A DNA stretch of 64,000 bases from an uncultured Gammaproteobacteria bacterium (GTDB lineage Bacteria; Patescibacteriota; Patescibacteriia; Magasanikbacterales; UBA922), in the NCBI GenBank assembly GCA_964612105.1, contig CAZTEU010000003.1:67050-131049 (forward strand), in the 5' to 3' direction. The first letter of the stretch is position 1; each line of letters opens with the position of its first letter. A model generated the notes under the pieces. That model was not told where the DNA came from, did no database searches, and was given only the letters and a program-made list of their open reading frames with translations. The translations under genes and the position numbers were made by a program. Positions 10,144 through 19,376 of the stretch are shown in pieces.

Positions 10144-10855
10144 TTACCTGTGTTTTAGTAACCAAAACGTGAAAACTATTAAAATATAGAGGTCTTAATA
10201 TAATATAATAAATGGGTAGTAGTATTTTTGAAAATAATTTATATTTTTTTGATATTTTATCAGCCCTAATATCTATCAGATTAAAACCACAACTTTTAAG
10301 AAGCTGCTTCACTTCTTTATATGTGTAGTAGTGCATTGTTAACAATTTCTGACGACCTGCTTCACCATCATCCTTTTGTTTTCCAAGCAATTTTAACACT
10401 CTCTCAGACCATGTTCGTGGCATCCAATTTATAAAATATGTGTGATAGTGATAATCATATACACCAAATCTATTATGAAAGCTTATGTATGCTTTTGCAT
10501 TTGGCATTAATACACGATAGATTTCTCTGCATACCATTTCTGGATTCTCCACATGTTCAGTAATTTCAGAAGCATTCGCAAAAGAAAATATATTATTTTC
10601 ATAAGGCAATTCTTCTGCTCTTCCCTCAACAACTGACACTTTTAGGTCTTCCTCAACTATGCGTTCGTTTATTTTTTCAATATAACTAGGATTTATTTCA
10701 ACTCCAAAAACCTCAAATCCCTTTTTGCTCATTTCACACAAAAAAACACCTTTTCCAGCCCCCACATCAAGTATTCTGTCTCCTGGAACAATAAATCCTG
10801 AACAATATTCGTAATGATTCATAAAAAAACTATGAAAGCCATTCTTTGAAATCAC
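10136..10855 (-). CDS. Class I SAM-dependent methyltransferase.
   Basis: Motif I ILDVGAGKGVF followed by an acidic residue at the end of strand 2. Confidence 0.65.
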   Translation of the reverse strand: MISKNGFHSFFMNHYEYCSGFIVPGDRILDVGAGKGVFLCEMSKKGFEVFGVEINPSYIEKINERIVEEDLKVSVVEGRAEELPYENNIFSFANASEITEHVENPEMVCREIYRVLMPNAKAYISFHNRFGVYDYHYHTYFINWMPRTWSERVLKLLGKQKDDGEAGRQKLLTMHYYTYKEVKQLLKSCGFNLIDIRADKISKKYKLFSKILLPIYYIILRPLYFNSFHVLVTKTQVNE

Positions 10856-11564
10856 CCAAGAATTGTTCTACGACTTGATCAGTTTTATAATGTTTCATCA
10901 TTTCTGGGAAAAACTTTGGAGGGACTGTAACTATATGAGCCCCAGCAACACCAGCATCACGAATATCAATTACACCTCTTATGCTACCTACAATTATCTC
11001 GCAATCTAATCCAGCATCGTCTATAGCCTTCCTTACTGTTTTAGTAACCTCAAAAGGATCGAAGTCACTCTTATCTACAACTCTATTTTCAAGCATCGCC
11101 TCTCTTTGGTCTTTCATTGTTTCTTGTATGCCCCCATCACTTATTCTCCCCCAAAATATGCTGACGTACTTTGCCCCAGCATGTGCAGCCATAATTGCCT
11201 GCATTGGTGTCATGCACGCTGTGCAATTTACAGATATACCCATTTCTTTAAGTCTTGCGATAGTTTCTAGCTCAGCCCACCCTACTTGAATCTTAATGCT
11301 TATTTGTGGATAATTAAATAACTTTACAAACTCTTGCGCCTGTCTCAATATTTCATCTTTATCAGTTGAAAATACTTCAACACTAAGATGGGCACCGGGT
11401 TTGTGCTGATTGATAAGTGCTATTATTTTTTTAATGTGTTCTTCAAAAGAGGATTTTGGCTCTTTTGAAAGCAAAGATGGATTAGTTGTAACACCGCTAG
11501 CAAAACCTTTTTTAAGACCAGGTTCAATATCAGACAGACTTGCAGAATCAATAAATATTTTCAT
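10830..11564 (-). CDS. tal: Transaldolase / fructose-6-phosphate aldolase family (type 3B).
   Basis: MKIFIDSA...GVTTNPSLL... plus the SIKIQV Schiff-base lysine region. Collinear with E. coli Fsa/TalC. Confidence 0.75.
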   Translation of the reverse strand: MKIFIDSASLSDIEPGLKKGFASGVTTNPSLLSKEPKSSFEEHIKKIIALINQHKPGAHLSVEVFSTDKDEILRQAQEFVKLFNYPQISIKIQVGWAELETIARLKEMGISVNCTACMTPMQAIMAAHAGAKYVSIFWGRISDGGIQETMKDQREAMLENRVVDKSDFDPFEVTKTVRKAIDDAGLDCEIIVGSIRGVIDIRDAGVAGAHIVTVPPKFFPEMMKHYKTDQVVEQFLGDFKEWLS

Positions 11565-11588
11565 ACACTTTTTAAAAAATATATGTTC

Positions 11589-11618
11589 ATAATATCAAAA
11601 TAAATGAGGTCTTGTCAA
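11589..11618 (-). promoter_or_regulatory. Internal sigma70-type promoter upstream of tal.
   Basis: Minus strand reads TTGACA, 18 nt, TATTAT, 24 nt, ATG. The -10 context TATTATGAAC recurs at 46205-46215. Confidence 0.45.
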
Positions 11619-11623
11619 AGACA

Positions 11624-12196
11624 CTAACCAATAATTCCAAATACCTCAAATAATGAGTAGACCCTATAATCACTATCTACTTGTTGATTATATTCAGTAT
11701 TTATTATAATTGATTTGCATCCAACAGCTTTTGCAGCACCTACATCTGATATTGTATCACCTAAAAAAAATGAAGATTTTATATCTATGTCCCACTTATC
11801 CATAGCTTCTTCAAGCATGCCTGGTTTTGGTTTTTTACAATTACACATGTCCTTTCTGCCATGAGGGCAGACAAATATATCATCGAATGGAATTTTTCTA
11901 ACCTCTGACATTATGAGTTCATGATCCTCTTTTGAAAGAAGGCCGTATGAAATGTCTGGTTGATTTGTAACTAATATACATAGAAACCCCCTTTTTTTTA
12001 AATCTTTTACAAAGTCTAACACACCTTCTTTGGGTTTAAACTCCGTGTAAGAATATGGGGCAGTGTAGCGAACCTTTTTTTTAAGCACAAAAAAATCGTC
12101 TCCACGATCTATTACGTCATTTACTATACCATCTCTATCAAGAAATATGGCTGGTTTTTTTATACTCATGTATTCTTTCTTTAAGTCCAAATACAA
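11624..12196 (-). CDS. gmhB: D-glycero-D-manno-heptose 1,7-bisphosphate phosphatase (HAD-IIIA).
   Basis: FLDRDGIVN HAD motif I and a C-x-H...C-x-C-(K)KP-x-PGM zinc/substrate loop (CPHGRKDMCNCKKPKPGM). The likely start is the internal Met MSIKKPAIFLDRDG. Confidence 0.75.
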   Translation of the reverse strand: MYLDLKKEYMSIKKPAIFLDRDGIVNDVIDRGDDFFVLKKKVRYTAPYSYTEFKPKEGVLDFVKDLKKRGFLCILVTNQPDISYGLLSKEDHELIMSEVRKIPFDDIFVCPHGRKDMCNCKKPKPGMLEEAMDKWDIDIKSSFFLGDTISDVGAAKAVGCKSIIINTEYNQQVDSDYRVYSLFEVFGIIG

Positions 12197-12779
12197 CTAA
12201 GTGATTTAGCACAACATGCATACCCTCTACTAGTGGAGTTGAGTTAGCAGGAACAACCACACCCACATCAACCATATTCTTCATTGGACCCCCATCAAAA
12301 CCAGAGAACCCTATTGTCTTTCCTCCACGATCCTTTATATATTGAAGCCCTTTAAGCAAGTTTTGTGACCACTGACCAGCAACATCATTTCCACTTCCTC
12401 CATGAACACTGAAAGCAATTCCCACACTCCCTTTTTCGTAATATGTAGCTAGTTGGTTTGTATAAATATTTTCCCAACCCCAATCATTAACCAAAGCGCT
12501 TACAAGTGGTATATTATCAACAAGAGCAATGGCTTTTATTCCGCGATCTTCTGGTTTTTCACAGATTGTTTTTGCTAAATCAGCAGCTAGGTGAGTTGCG
12601 GTCGATGCTGACCCCCCATTTCCCATTATAAATACGTAATTGTTGTTTTTCCATGCTTCAAATAAAACATCTACAGCTTCATCTAATTGTCTACAATAAT
12701 CCGCTGCTATCATGGATGTAACCCCTGAAACCTTCATTAAAAATGAGTTTGCAAATGATTCATTTTGTGATTGAAACAT
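12138..12779 (-). CDS. gmhA: Phosphoheptose (sedoheptulose-7-phosphate) isomerase, SIS domain.
   Basis: IMGNGGSASTATHLAADL is the GmhA-type SIS motif. Adjacent to gmhB. Confidence 0.75.
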   Translation of the reverse strand: MFQSQNESFANSFLMKVSGVTSMIAADYCRQLDEAVDVLFEAWKNNNYVFIMGNGGSASTATHLAADLAKTICEKPEDRGIKAIALVDNIPLVSALVNDWGWENIYTNQLATYYEKGSVGIAFSVHGGSGNDVAGQWSQNLLKGLQYIKDRGGKTIGFSGFDGGPMKNMVDVGVVVPANSTPLVEGMHVVLNHLVVFGLKERIHEYKKTSHIS

Positions 12780-12780
12780 A

Positions 12781-13350
12781 CTAATTATATTTTACTAAAG
12801 ATTGTATATTATCATGTCTTAACCTATCTCTCCCAGACATTAATTCCATTTCCACAACGAAAGAAATACCTAGAATATCAATTCCATTCCTTTTTATCAA
12901 TTTTTCAACAGCAGACATTGTTCCGCCGGTTGCGAGAATATCATCTACTATAACAACTTTTTTATCTTCATATAAATAGTCGGTACCTATCTCAATTACA
13001 TTGGAAGCGTACTCATAACTATACTCTTCTTTATCTGTAGGAGGTGGTAGCTTTCCTTTCTTCCTAACCATTGCAACACCCGCACCAAGCTCGTATGCTA
13101 AAGCTGATGCAATAACAAAACCTCTCGCCTCAACACCAACAATTATATCAATTGGCTGTCCACGATAAGGCTCAGCCATTTTCTTTATCATCTCAGAAAA
13201 AGCAACTGAATCAGCCAATAAGGGTGATATATCATAACAGTCTATACCAGGTCTGGGCCAATCCTCTATTATTTTAATTTTTGACTTTAAATCACTTACC
13301 ATAATATATATAGGTAGAAACACTCTAGCAAAATATCTATCTAGTGTCAA
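12781..13350 (-). CDS. apt: Adenine phosphoribosyltransferase.
   Basis: PRPP-binding motif VVIVDDILATGGT and the IKIIEDWPRPGI N-terminus. The likely start is the internal Met near 13303. Confidence 0.8.
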   Translation of the reverse strand: MTLDRYFARVFLPIYIMVSDLKSKIKIIEDWPRPGIDCYDISPLLADSVAFSEMIKKMAEPYRGQPIDIIVGVEARGFVIASALAYELGAGVAMVRKKGKLPPPTDKEEYSYEYASNVIEIGTDYLYEDKKVVIVDDILATGGTMSAVEKLIKRNGIDILGISFVVEMELMSGRDRLRHDNIQSLVKYN

Positions 13351-13377
13351 ACCTCAATTACATGTATTTTTTACCTA

Positions 13378-14679
13378 TCATTTCCTTCCTGTACCAAAGT
13401 ACTTTAAACCAGCCTCTTTTATTATTAATTCTTTACTTTTAAGAAAATTCCTAGTATCAAAAAAAACAAACGGCTCATGCATCACACTTTTGAGAGTAGA
13501 AAAATCTATTGACTCAAATTCAGGCCATGCTGTCACTAACATTAGTGCATCACAATCTTTAGCCATCTCAATAGCACTCGTAGATAAATCTTGTCCCGTC
13601 TCCTCATGAAAAACTTTTCTGTCTGCCATCGGATCAAAAGCAGAAATACTAGCACCCAAACTGATTAGTTCAGTAATAATTTCCATAGATAGTGAGCGAC
13701 GGAGTGTTGAAGTTCCAGGTTTGTAAGTAATTCCAAGCACTCCTATTTTAGAGTTATTTATTGGCTTCTGAATCATTTTTTCTATTTTTTTTATTACATC
13801 CTTCCTTCTACCTTCATTAGTAGCTAGCACACCGTTTACAACTTTAATTTCAATTTCATTTTCATTTGCCATATTAGACAAGGTTTTCAAGTCCCTCATA
13901 AGTGTTCCTCCTGAGAAACCCAAACTAGAATCAAGATAGGCCTCTCTTCCTATTCTTGCATCACTTCTTAGAGCTTCTGCAACCTCAGTGACATCTGCTC
14001 CAACTTTTTCACACACGTCAGATATGTTATATATGAATGACAAAGAAGTGGCTAGAAATGCGTTTAGTGCATGCTTTATCATTTCAGCAGAAGCTATTTT
14101 TACAATATGACGCGCACCTCCTATACCATCAAACAATTCAGTCATCTTTTCTTCAGCTCTTTTAGAGTTAACACCAAACACAACTCGTTCTGGATTGGAG
14201 AAACACTCCATAGCATTTCCAAGACGAAGATTTTCTGGAGTGTATGCAGGTTCACATAGACTATCTGGATTGCTCTTTTTTATTTCATGAAATAGTTTTT
14301 CAGTTGTACCTACAGGCACCTGACTTGTGACAACAAACAGTGCATCTCTTTTAATATAAGTTGAAATTTCTTTTGTTATCTCAAACAATACCGAAACATC
14401 GGGTTCGTCGTTCTCATCTACAGGTGTATCAACAGCAAGAACAACAACATCACTCCCCTCTAAATCTTTGTATTGTGTGGACCACCTTAACAAACCATTT
14501 TCTGTTTGCTCTCTTATAATCTCCTCAAGACCCGGCTCTTTTAGTGGAGGTATTCCTTTTTTCAAATTGTTTATCGTATCTACGTTTGTGTCTATACCTA
14601 TAACTTCATGGCCCAGGTTAGCCAATCCAGCAGACACGACTTCACCCAAGTGCCACAATCCAACAACAGAAACACGCAT
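13378..14679 (-). CDS. Nucleotide-sugar dehydrogenase (UDP-glucose 6-dehydrogenase family); second copy.
   Basis: MRVSVVGLWHLGEVVSAGLANLGHEV N-terminus and a three-domain architecture. Paralogous to the gene at 3261-4511. Confidence 0.7.
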   Translation of the reverse strand: MRVSVVGLWHLGEVVSAGLANLGHEVIGIDTNVDTINNLKKGIPPLKEPGLEEIIREQTENGLLRWSTQYKDLEGSDVVVLAVDTPVDENDEPDVSVLFEITKEISTYIKRDALFVVTSQVPVGTTEKLFHEIKKSNPDSLCEPAYTPENLRLGNAMECFSNPERVVFGVNSKRAEEKMTELFDGIGGARHIVKIASAEMIKHALNAFLATSLSFIYNISDVCEKVGADVTEVAEALRSDARIGREAYLDSSLGFSGGTLMRDLKTLSNMANENEIEIKVVNGVLATNEGRRKDVIKKIEKMIQKPINNSKIGVLGITYKPGTSTLRRSLSMEIITELISLGASISAFDPMADRKVFHEETGQDLSTSAIEMAKDCDALMLVTAWPEFESIDFSTLKSVMHEPFVFFDTRNFLKSKELIIKEAGLKYFGTGRK

Positions 14680-14706
14680 ATATTTTATTTAATTATTTCT
14701 AGTGTG

Positions 14707-15888
14707 TTATTTCTTTTGCAAAATATGTTGCTTGCGTAGACTATCATAAGTTGCATGTAAGTATTTTTTTACATCTTCAAACTGTTTTATCCAATCTATA
14801 TAATATTTAACTGATCCACGCAATGCCACTTTCGGAGACCATCCAATACTTTTTATCTTATCAATATTCATTATTGAATGCCTGCAATCCCCTACCCTAT
14901 ATCTGTTTTCCAAAGATGGGTTAAATTCTATCCCTATATTCATGGCAACTTCTTTGGCCAAATCAATCACTTTTGTACCTTTTCCACTACCTATATTGAA
15001 TACTTCGAAATTTATTAAATCCTCCTCTAAAATCTTTAAATGAGCTTCTGCAACATCTCTTACATCAACGAAATCACGAAGTTGTTGTGCATCTTCATTC
15101 ATTTCAATAGCTTCACCATTCAATGCAAATACTGAGAAGGCTCTTAGTGCACCTGAGTAAAAATGTCTGAATGATTGCCTAGCCCCAAGAACGATACTAT
15201 ATCTTAAAACAACACTGGGTATCCCGTAACGCTTTCCTAAATTTAGAATCAGGTTTTCACTTGCAAGTTTTGATATTCCATATGGAGTTTGTGGATTTAA
15301 AAGATCATCCTCTTTTTCTTCCACTGGCTCCATTATACTGTGACACTTATTACATTTATGCTCCCAAAAATGATTAGACAAATCCTCTTCTAATCTAAAG
15401 TCAGGATAAATTATTCCATGTGTTCTGCACTTGTACTTTCCTACACCATACACTGATTGTGAGGATGCGGTAATTATTTTTTTAATATTTATATTATCCT
15501 CTACTATTAATTCAAACAATAATCCAATACTTTCTACATTGGTTCTTATATACTTAGCAAAATCTAAATGATAATCCATATAAGAAGCAAGGTGTATCAC
15601 AGCATCCACACCCTCAAGCGCTTTTTTCCAGTCACTCTTCTTTGATACATCACCACGAACAAATTCGGCACGACTATTAACCCATGCTGGGGTTTCCCCA
15701 TTGTGGGTTGGGGGCTCTAGTGAGTCTAAAATTCTTACATCATAGCCTGCATTTATCATTACATCAACAACGTGAGAGCCAATAAAACCCGCACCTCCTG
15801 TAACAAGTATTTTTTTAAATTTGTGATTCATCTGTTTTTTTATATGCGCTCTCAACAATGTTGAGTACAGCCAATCCATCCTTTCCAC
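14707..15888 (-). CDS. NAD-dependent epimerase/dehydratase family protein with a Cys/His-containing insertion.
   Basis: ILVTGGAGFIGSHVVD Rossmann motif and a YGISK catalytic motif. An unusual insert HFWEHKCNKCHS sits between them. The likely start is MNHKFKKILVTGG near 15828. Confidence 0.65.
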   Translation of the reverse strand: MERMDWLYSTLLRAHIKKQMNHKFKKILVTGGAGFIGSHVVDVMINAGYDVRILDSLEPPTHNGETPAWVNSRAEFVRGDVSKKSDWKKALEGVDAVIHLASYMDYHLDFAKYIRTNVESIGLLFELIVEDNINIKKIITASSQSVYGVGKYKCRTHGIIYPDFRLEEDLSNHFWEHKCNKCHSIMEPVEEKEDDLLNPQTPYGISKLASENLILNLGKRYGIPSVVLRYSIVLGARQSFRHFYSGALRAFSVFALNGEAIEMNEDAQQLRDFVDVRDVAEAHLKILEEDLINFEVFNIGSGKGTKVIDLAKEVAMNIGIEFNPSLENRYRVGDCRHSIMNIDKIKSIGWSPKVALRGSVKYYIDWIKQFEDVKKYLHATYDSLRKQHILQKK

Positions 15889-16840
15889 AGGGTGAAGGAT
15901 CTCTTTCTTTTTCTATAGAAGTAACAAACTCATCAAGCTCTCTTAGTAGAGAATTATCGGCATTTGAATCACACTCTATAGTTTCTTCACTTACCTCTCC
16001 ACTTTCTCCTCTTAACCCGACGGTAAGCAACTCTTTTCCACCATATTTTCTTCCAGCCCCATTCACAATACAATACCCTTTAGTTCCATATATTTCCAAA
16101 AAGAATATTGGCTTCCATTGAATAATACTAACATTTAATGAGGCTATCTGTTGATTGTTGTTCTTTAGAAGCAAAAAGGCGCTTTCTTCCACTTCCGTAT
16201 TCCAATATATAGAGTTCATAGAACTACTAACACCATACAAATCTGAGTTATCAAGAAACCAGTTTGCTAAATCAATTACATGAACACCTTGATCCATCAG
16301 CGCTCCCCCTCCCGATATCTCCTTATTCATTCGCCACTCCTTATCATAGTTTGATCTTCCTGCATGACCGTGACGTATTCTCATAAAACACAGCTTTCCT
16401 ATGTCCTGACTATCTAGAACTTTTTTTGCACGGGATATTGCATCAAAAAATCTATAGTTATACCCAATCATGAAGCGTAGATTTTTTTCATTTGCAATAT
16501 GCACAAGTTCCTTCATCTGAGCAGAATTACATGATCCAGGTTTTTCTGTTAATACGTGCTTGTTTGAAAGAAGAGCCTTTTTTGTGTAGTCAAATAAATA
16601 CGAGTGTGGAGTAACAATAACAACTCCATCAATATCACAAGCTCCAAAAATGTTATCACTCTGGGAGCTTACAAATTTAGCATTATACTTGTTGGCAAGA
16701 TCTTCTCCAGAATTTTTGTCTATATCAACAACACAAACTAATTCTGTATTACTATTTTCACTAATTATTTTGGCCCAGCGCGTACCCATTCTTCCTGCAC
16801 CCACTAAACAGATTTTTGTTGGGTTTGGTTTACCACTCAT
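15815..16840 (-). CDS. Gfo/Idh/MocA-family oxidoreductase.
   Basis: ICLVGAGRMGTRWAKII Rossmann motif, an EKP motif, and a C-terminal domain. Confidence 0.7.
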   Translation of the reverse strand: MSGKPNPTKICLVGAGRMGTRWAKIISENSNTELVCVVDIDKNSGEDLANKYNAKFVSSQSDNIFGACDIDGVVIVTPHSYLFDYTKKALLSNKHVLTEKPGSCNSAQMKELVHIANEKNLRFMIGYNYRFFDAISRAKKVLDSQDIGKLCFMRIRHGHAGRSNYDKEWRMNKEISGGGALMDQGVHVIDLANWFLDNSDLYGVSSSMNSIYWNTEVEESAFLLLKNNNQQIASLNVSIIQWKPIFFLEIYGTKGYCIVNGAGRKYGGKELLTVGLRGESGEVSEETIECDSNADNSLLRELDEFVTSIEKERDPSPCGKDGLAVLNIVESAYKKTDESQI

Positions 16841-17681
16841 ATCCTCTGTCGTTTGGTTTTATTCTTCTGGGTGTATAAATATCCTTAGACTCCATAATTT
16901 CACTCTTGTGTCTTTCTATTATTTCCTCACTATCCCATCTTGCAGCAAATAACTTACCTGTTATACCGTCTGACTCATTTGAACAAAGAAACATAACAAA
17001 TTCTGATGCTCTTTCTGGCCCAAAAGTCTCTGATACCCCAGCTATCTGATCCATTGCTTGTCTATATTTCTCTTTCCCAACCCTATCTTCTCCTGCTTTT
17101 ATTAAGTCTCTTACAAAACCTGAGTTTACTAGTCCTGGATATATTGCATTCACCATAATGTTGTCATCAGACAACTCTTCAGAAAGAGACTCATTTAATC
17201 TTAAGACAGCTCCTTTTGAGCAGACATACGATGTAAATCCAGACATTGGACCTTCTCCCCCACCCGCAAAAAGAATAATTCTTGGGCTTTCCGATTTTCT
17301 CAATAAATTAATAGCATATTTCACAGAAATAACAGTCCCAAACAAATTAACCTCGATTGCCTTCATCCAATTTTCAGGATCTATTTGCTCTACTAATCCT
17401 ATTTCTCCATATATCCCAGCTGCCGTAACTAATATATCAAGTTTTCCAAAATTGTCTTGCACATAATTAAATAAACCTTGCATCTGTTCTGGGATCGCTA
17501 CGTCAGCCTTATATGTTGTAACACTTCCTTCTGGATATTTTTTTTTAATTTCTTCTAGTTTATCCTCAGACCTACCACAAGCAATAACCTTACACCCTTC
17601 AGAAATAAAAGACTCCGCAATTTTACCACCAATAACGCCGGTCGCTCCCGTAATAACAGCTATTTTATTATTTAGCTTCAT
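16830..17681 (-). CDS. Short-chain dehydrogenase/reductase (classical SDR).
   Basis: IAVITGATGVIGGKIA (TGxxxGxG) and a YxxxK motif (YVCSK). Confidence 0.7.
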   Translation of the reverse strand: MKLNNKIAVITGATGVIGGKIAESFISEGCKVIACGRSEDKLEEIKKKYPEGSVTTYKADVAIPEQMQGLFNYVQDNFGKLDILVTAAGIYGEIGLVEQIDPENWMKAIEVNLFGTVISVKYAINLLRKSESPRIILFAGGGEGPMSGFTSYVCSKGAVLRLNESLSEELSDDNIMVNAIYPGLVNSGFVRDLIKAGEDRVGKEKYRQAMDQIAGVSETFGPERASEFVMFLCSNESDGITGKLFAARWDSEEIIERHKSEIMESKDIYTPRRIKPNDRGYEW

Positions 17682-18688
17682 ATTGTATTAAAACCTCTGG
17701 GTCTATGTAGTAGTACCTGAGTACCACCAGCATCAACCCTATACTTCATTTCTCTACAGCCATAATTACTAAAAATTTTCCTTACAGCGGTTTGTGACCC
17801 ATCTCTGCAATATACTAAGAAGAACCCTCCACCACCCGCTCCAACAATTTTTCCACCAATAGCACCGGCGAGCCGAATCTTTGAGTAAATATCATCGAAT
17901 AGTGGATTGCTCATTTTATCAGACATCTTTTTCTTTAATACCCAATGCTCATGTAACAAATCTCCAAACGAATCTAGCTCATTACTTTCAAAAGCATTCA
18001 GTATGTTTCTGCCAATTTTCTTTGTCTGATGTTTCAAGTCTATTGAAACCTCATTATTAGATTTTAAATCCTGCTGTTGTTCTGCAAGAACAGACACACT
18101 AGATCTCTGAACACCAGTGTAAAAAAGTAGTGTATTCCTTTCAAACTCCTCTTGTGATGAACGCGAAACTCTTGCAGGGCTAACTTTTACAAATCCATTT
18201 TTATCAATATCCAGGATACAGAAATTACCAAAAGCTGCCAAGTAAAAATCTTGTTTTCCATCTGGTAATCCCAAATCTTCTGTAGCAATTGAAAAAGCTT
18301 CTTCGGCTATCTGTTGCCTTGATACATTTTCACCTTTAATTGTATGAAGTCCATTTAGTAACCCAACAAGATAACTAGCAGAACTACCAAGTCCAGTTCC
18401 TTGGGATATATCTGCCATAGAAGAAATCTCTATCATCTTCACTAAACCAGTCCTTTGAAGCGCAGCGCGTGCGATTTTGTGTTTTAGGTCTGAAATTCTA
18501 CCCACCTCTTCGCTTTCGCTATATTTAAGACGAATTTTGTCATCCCCGGGAGGTCTATTTATCCCTACATACATGTATAGATTTACTGTTACTGAAAAAA
18601 TAAAACCACCATGTTGCTCATAATACGCTGGCAAGTCTGTAGATCCACCACCAAGTGGAATTCTAAACGGTGTCCTTGTTAGTATCAT
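17678..18688 (-). CDS. hddA: GHMP-family sugar kinase, D-glycero-D-manno-heptose-7-phosphate kinase-like (COG2605).
   Basis: N-terminal RTPFRIPLGGGSTD motif and a GHMP ATP-binding loop GTGLGSSASYLVGLL. Its context is gmhA/gmhB and a nucleotidyltransferase. Confidence 0.6.
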   Translation of the reverse strand: MILTRTPFRIPLGGGSTDLPAYYEQHGGFIFSVTVNLYMYVGINRPPGDDKIRLKYSESEEVGRISDLKHKIARAALQRTGLVKMIEISSMADISQGTGLGSSASYLVGLLNGLHTIKGENVSRQQIAEEAFSIATEDLGLPDGKQDFYLAAFGNFCILDIDKNGFVKVSPARVSRSSQEEFERNTLLFYTGVQRSSVSVLAEQQQDLKSNNEVSIDLKHQTKKIGRNILNAFESNELDSFGDLLHEHWVLKKKMSDKMSNPLFDDIYSKIRLAGAIGGKIVGAGGGGFFLVYCRDGSQTAVRKIFSNYGCREMKYRVDAGGTQVLLHRPRGFNTI

Positions 18689-19371
18689 ATTTGTTTTTTA
18701 GAGAGAATTTGCTCTATCCTACTTACATCTTCTGGAGTTGTAAAGCTCCCAACCTTATTATCTGTTATTACAGAAAAAACAACATTATCTTGCACATAGG
18801 AATCAAGCATATCAGTAAGATGATATTCATCATTCACACCCTTATCTGCAATATACTCAAATATATTATCTTTCAAAACCATAACTCCATCTGATATTAA
18901 AGTTTTTCCACTTATTTTAGGTTTTTCGAATATTTTCTTTATCCTTAAATCTTTATCCAAAGAAACAACTCCATGCTTCCAAGGGTCACTCACCTCCCAG
19001 CAAAGTATACTAGATTCGTGCTCTAAGCATGCGCGTATGTCTTCTTTGTCTACAATTTCGTCTCCATAGATAAACAAAAATCTTTTGTTTTTTATATGTT
19101 TACTAGCAGAAAGAAAACTGTGGGCAGTTCCTTTTTCTGAGCCCTGCGCGTATATTATTTTTTTTCCGAAAAAAGAGTCTCCGCAATGATTCTTAATAAC
19201 ATCAGCAAGATAATCTACTACAAGAATTACTTCGTCTACACTCTCTGGTAAAGCCTGAAAGGTGTGGTCTAAAACTGATTTTCCTAAAATTTTAATAAGT
19301 GGTTTTGGTGTCGTTTTAGTAAGTGGGAGCATCCTTACTCCCCGACCTGCCGCCAAGATTACAGCCTGCAT
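18685..19371 (-). CDS. hddC: Sugar-1-phosphate nucleotidyltransferase (candidate heptose-1-phosphate guanylyltransferase).
   Basis: MQAVILAAGRGVRMLPLTKTTPKPL. It is a paralogue of 7612-8301 and overlaps the kinase gene by 4 bp. Confidence 0.55.
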   Translation of the reverse strand: MQAVILAAGRGVRMLPLTKTTPKPLIKILGKSVLDHTFQALPESVDEVILVVDYLADVIKNHCGDSFFGKKIIYAQGSEKGTAHSFLSASKHIKNKRFLFIYGDEIVDKEDIRACLEHESSILCWEVSDPWKHGVVSLDKDLRIKKIFEKPKISGKTLISDGVMVLKDNIFEYIADKGVNDEYHLTDMLDSYVQDNVVFSVITDNKVGSFTTPEDVSRIEQILSKKQI

Positions 19372-19376
19372 ATATA

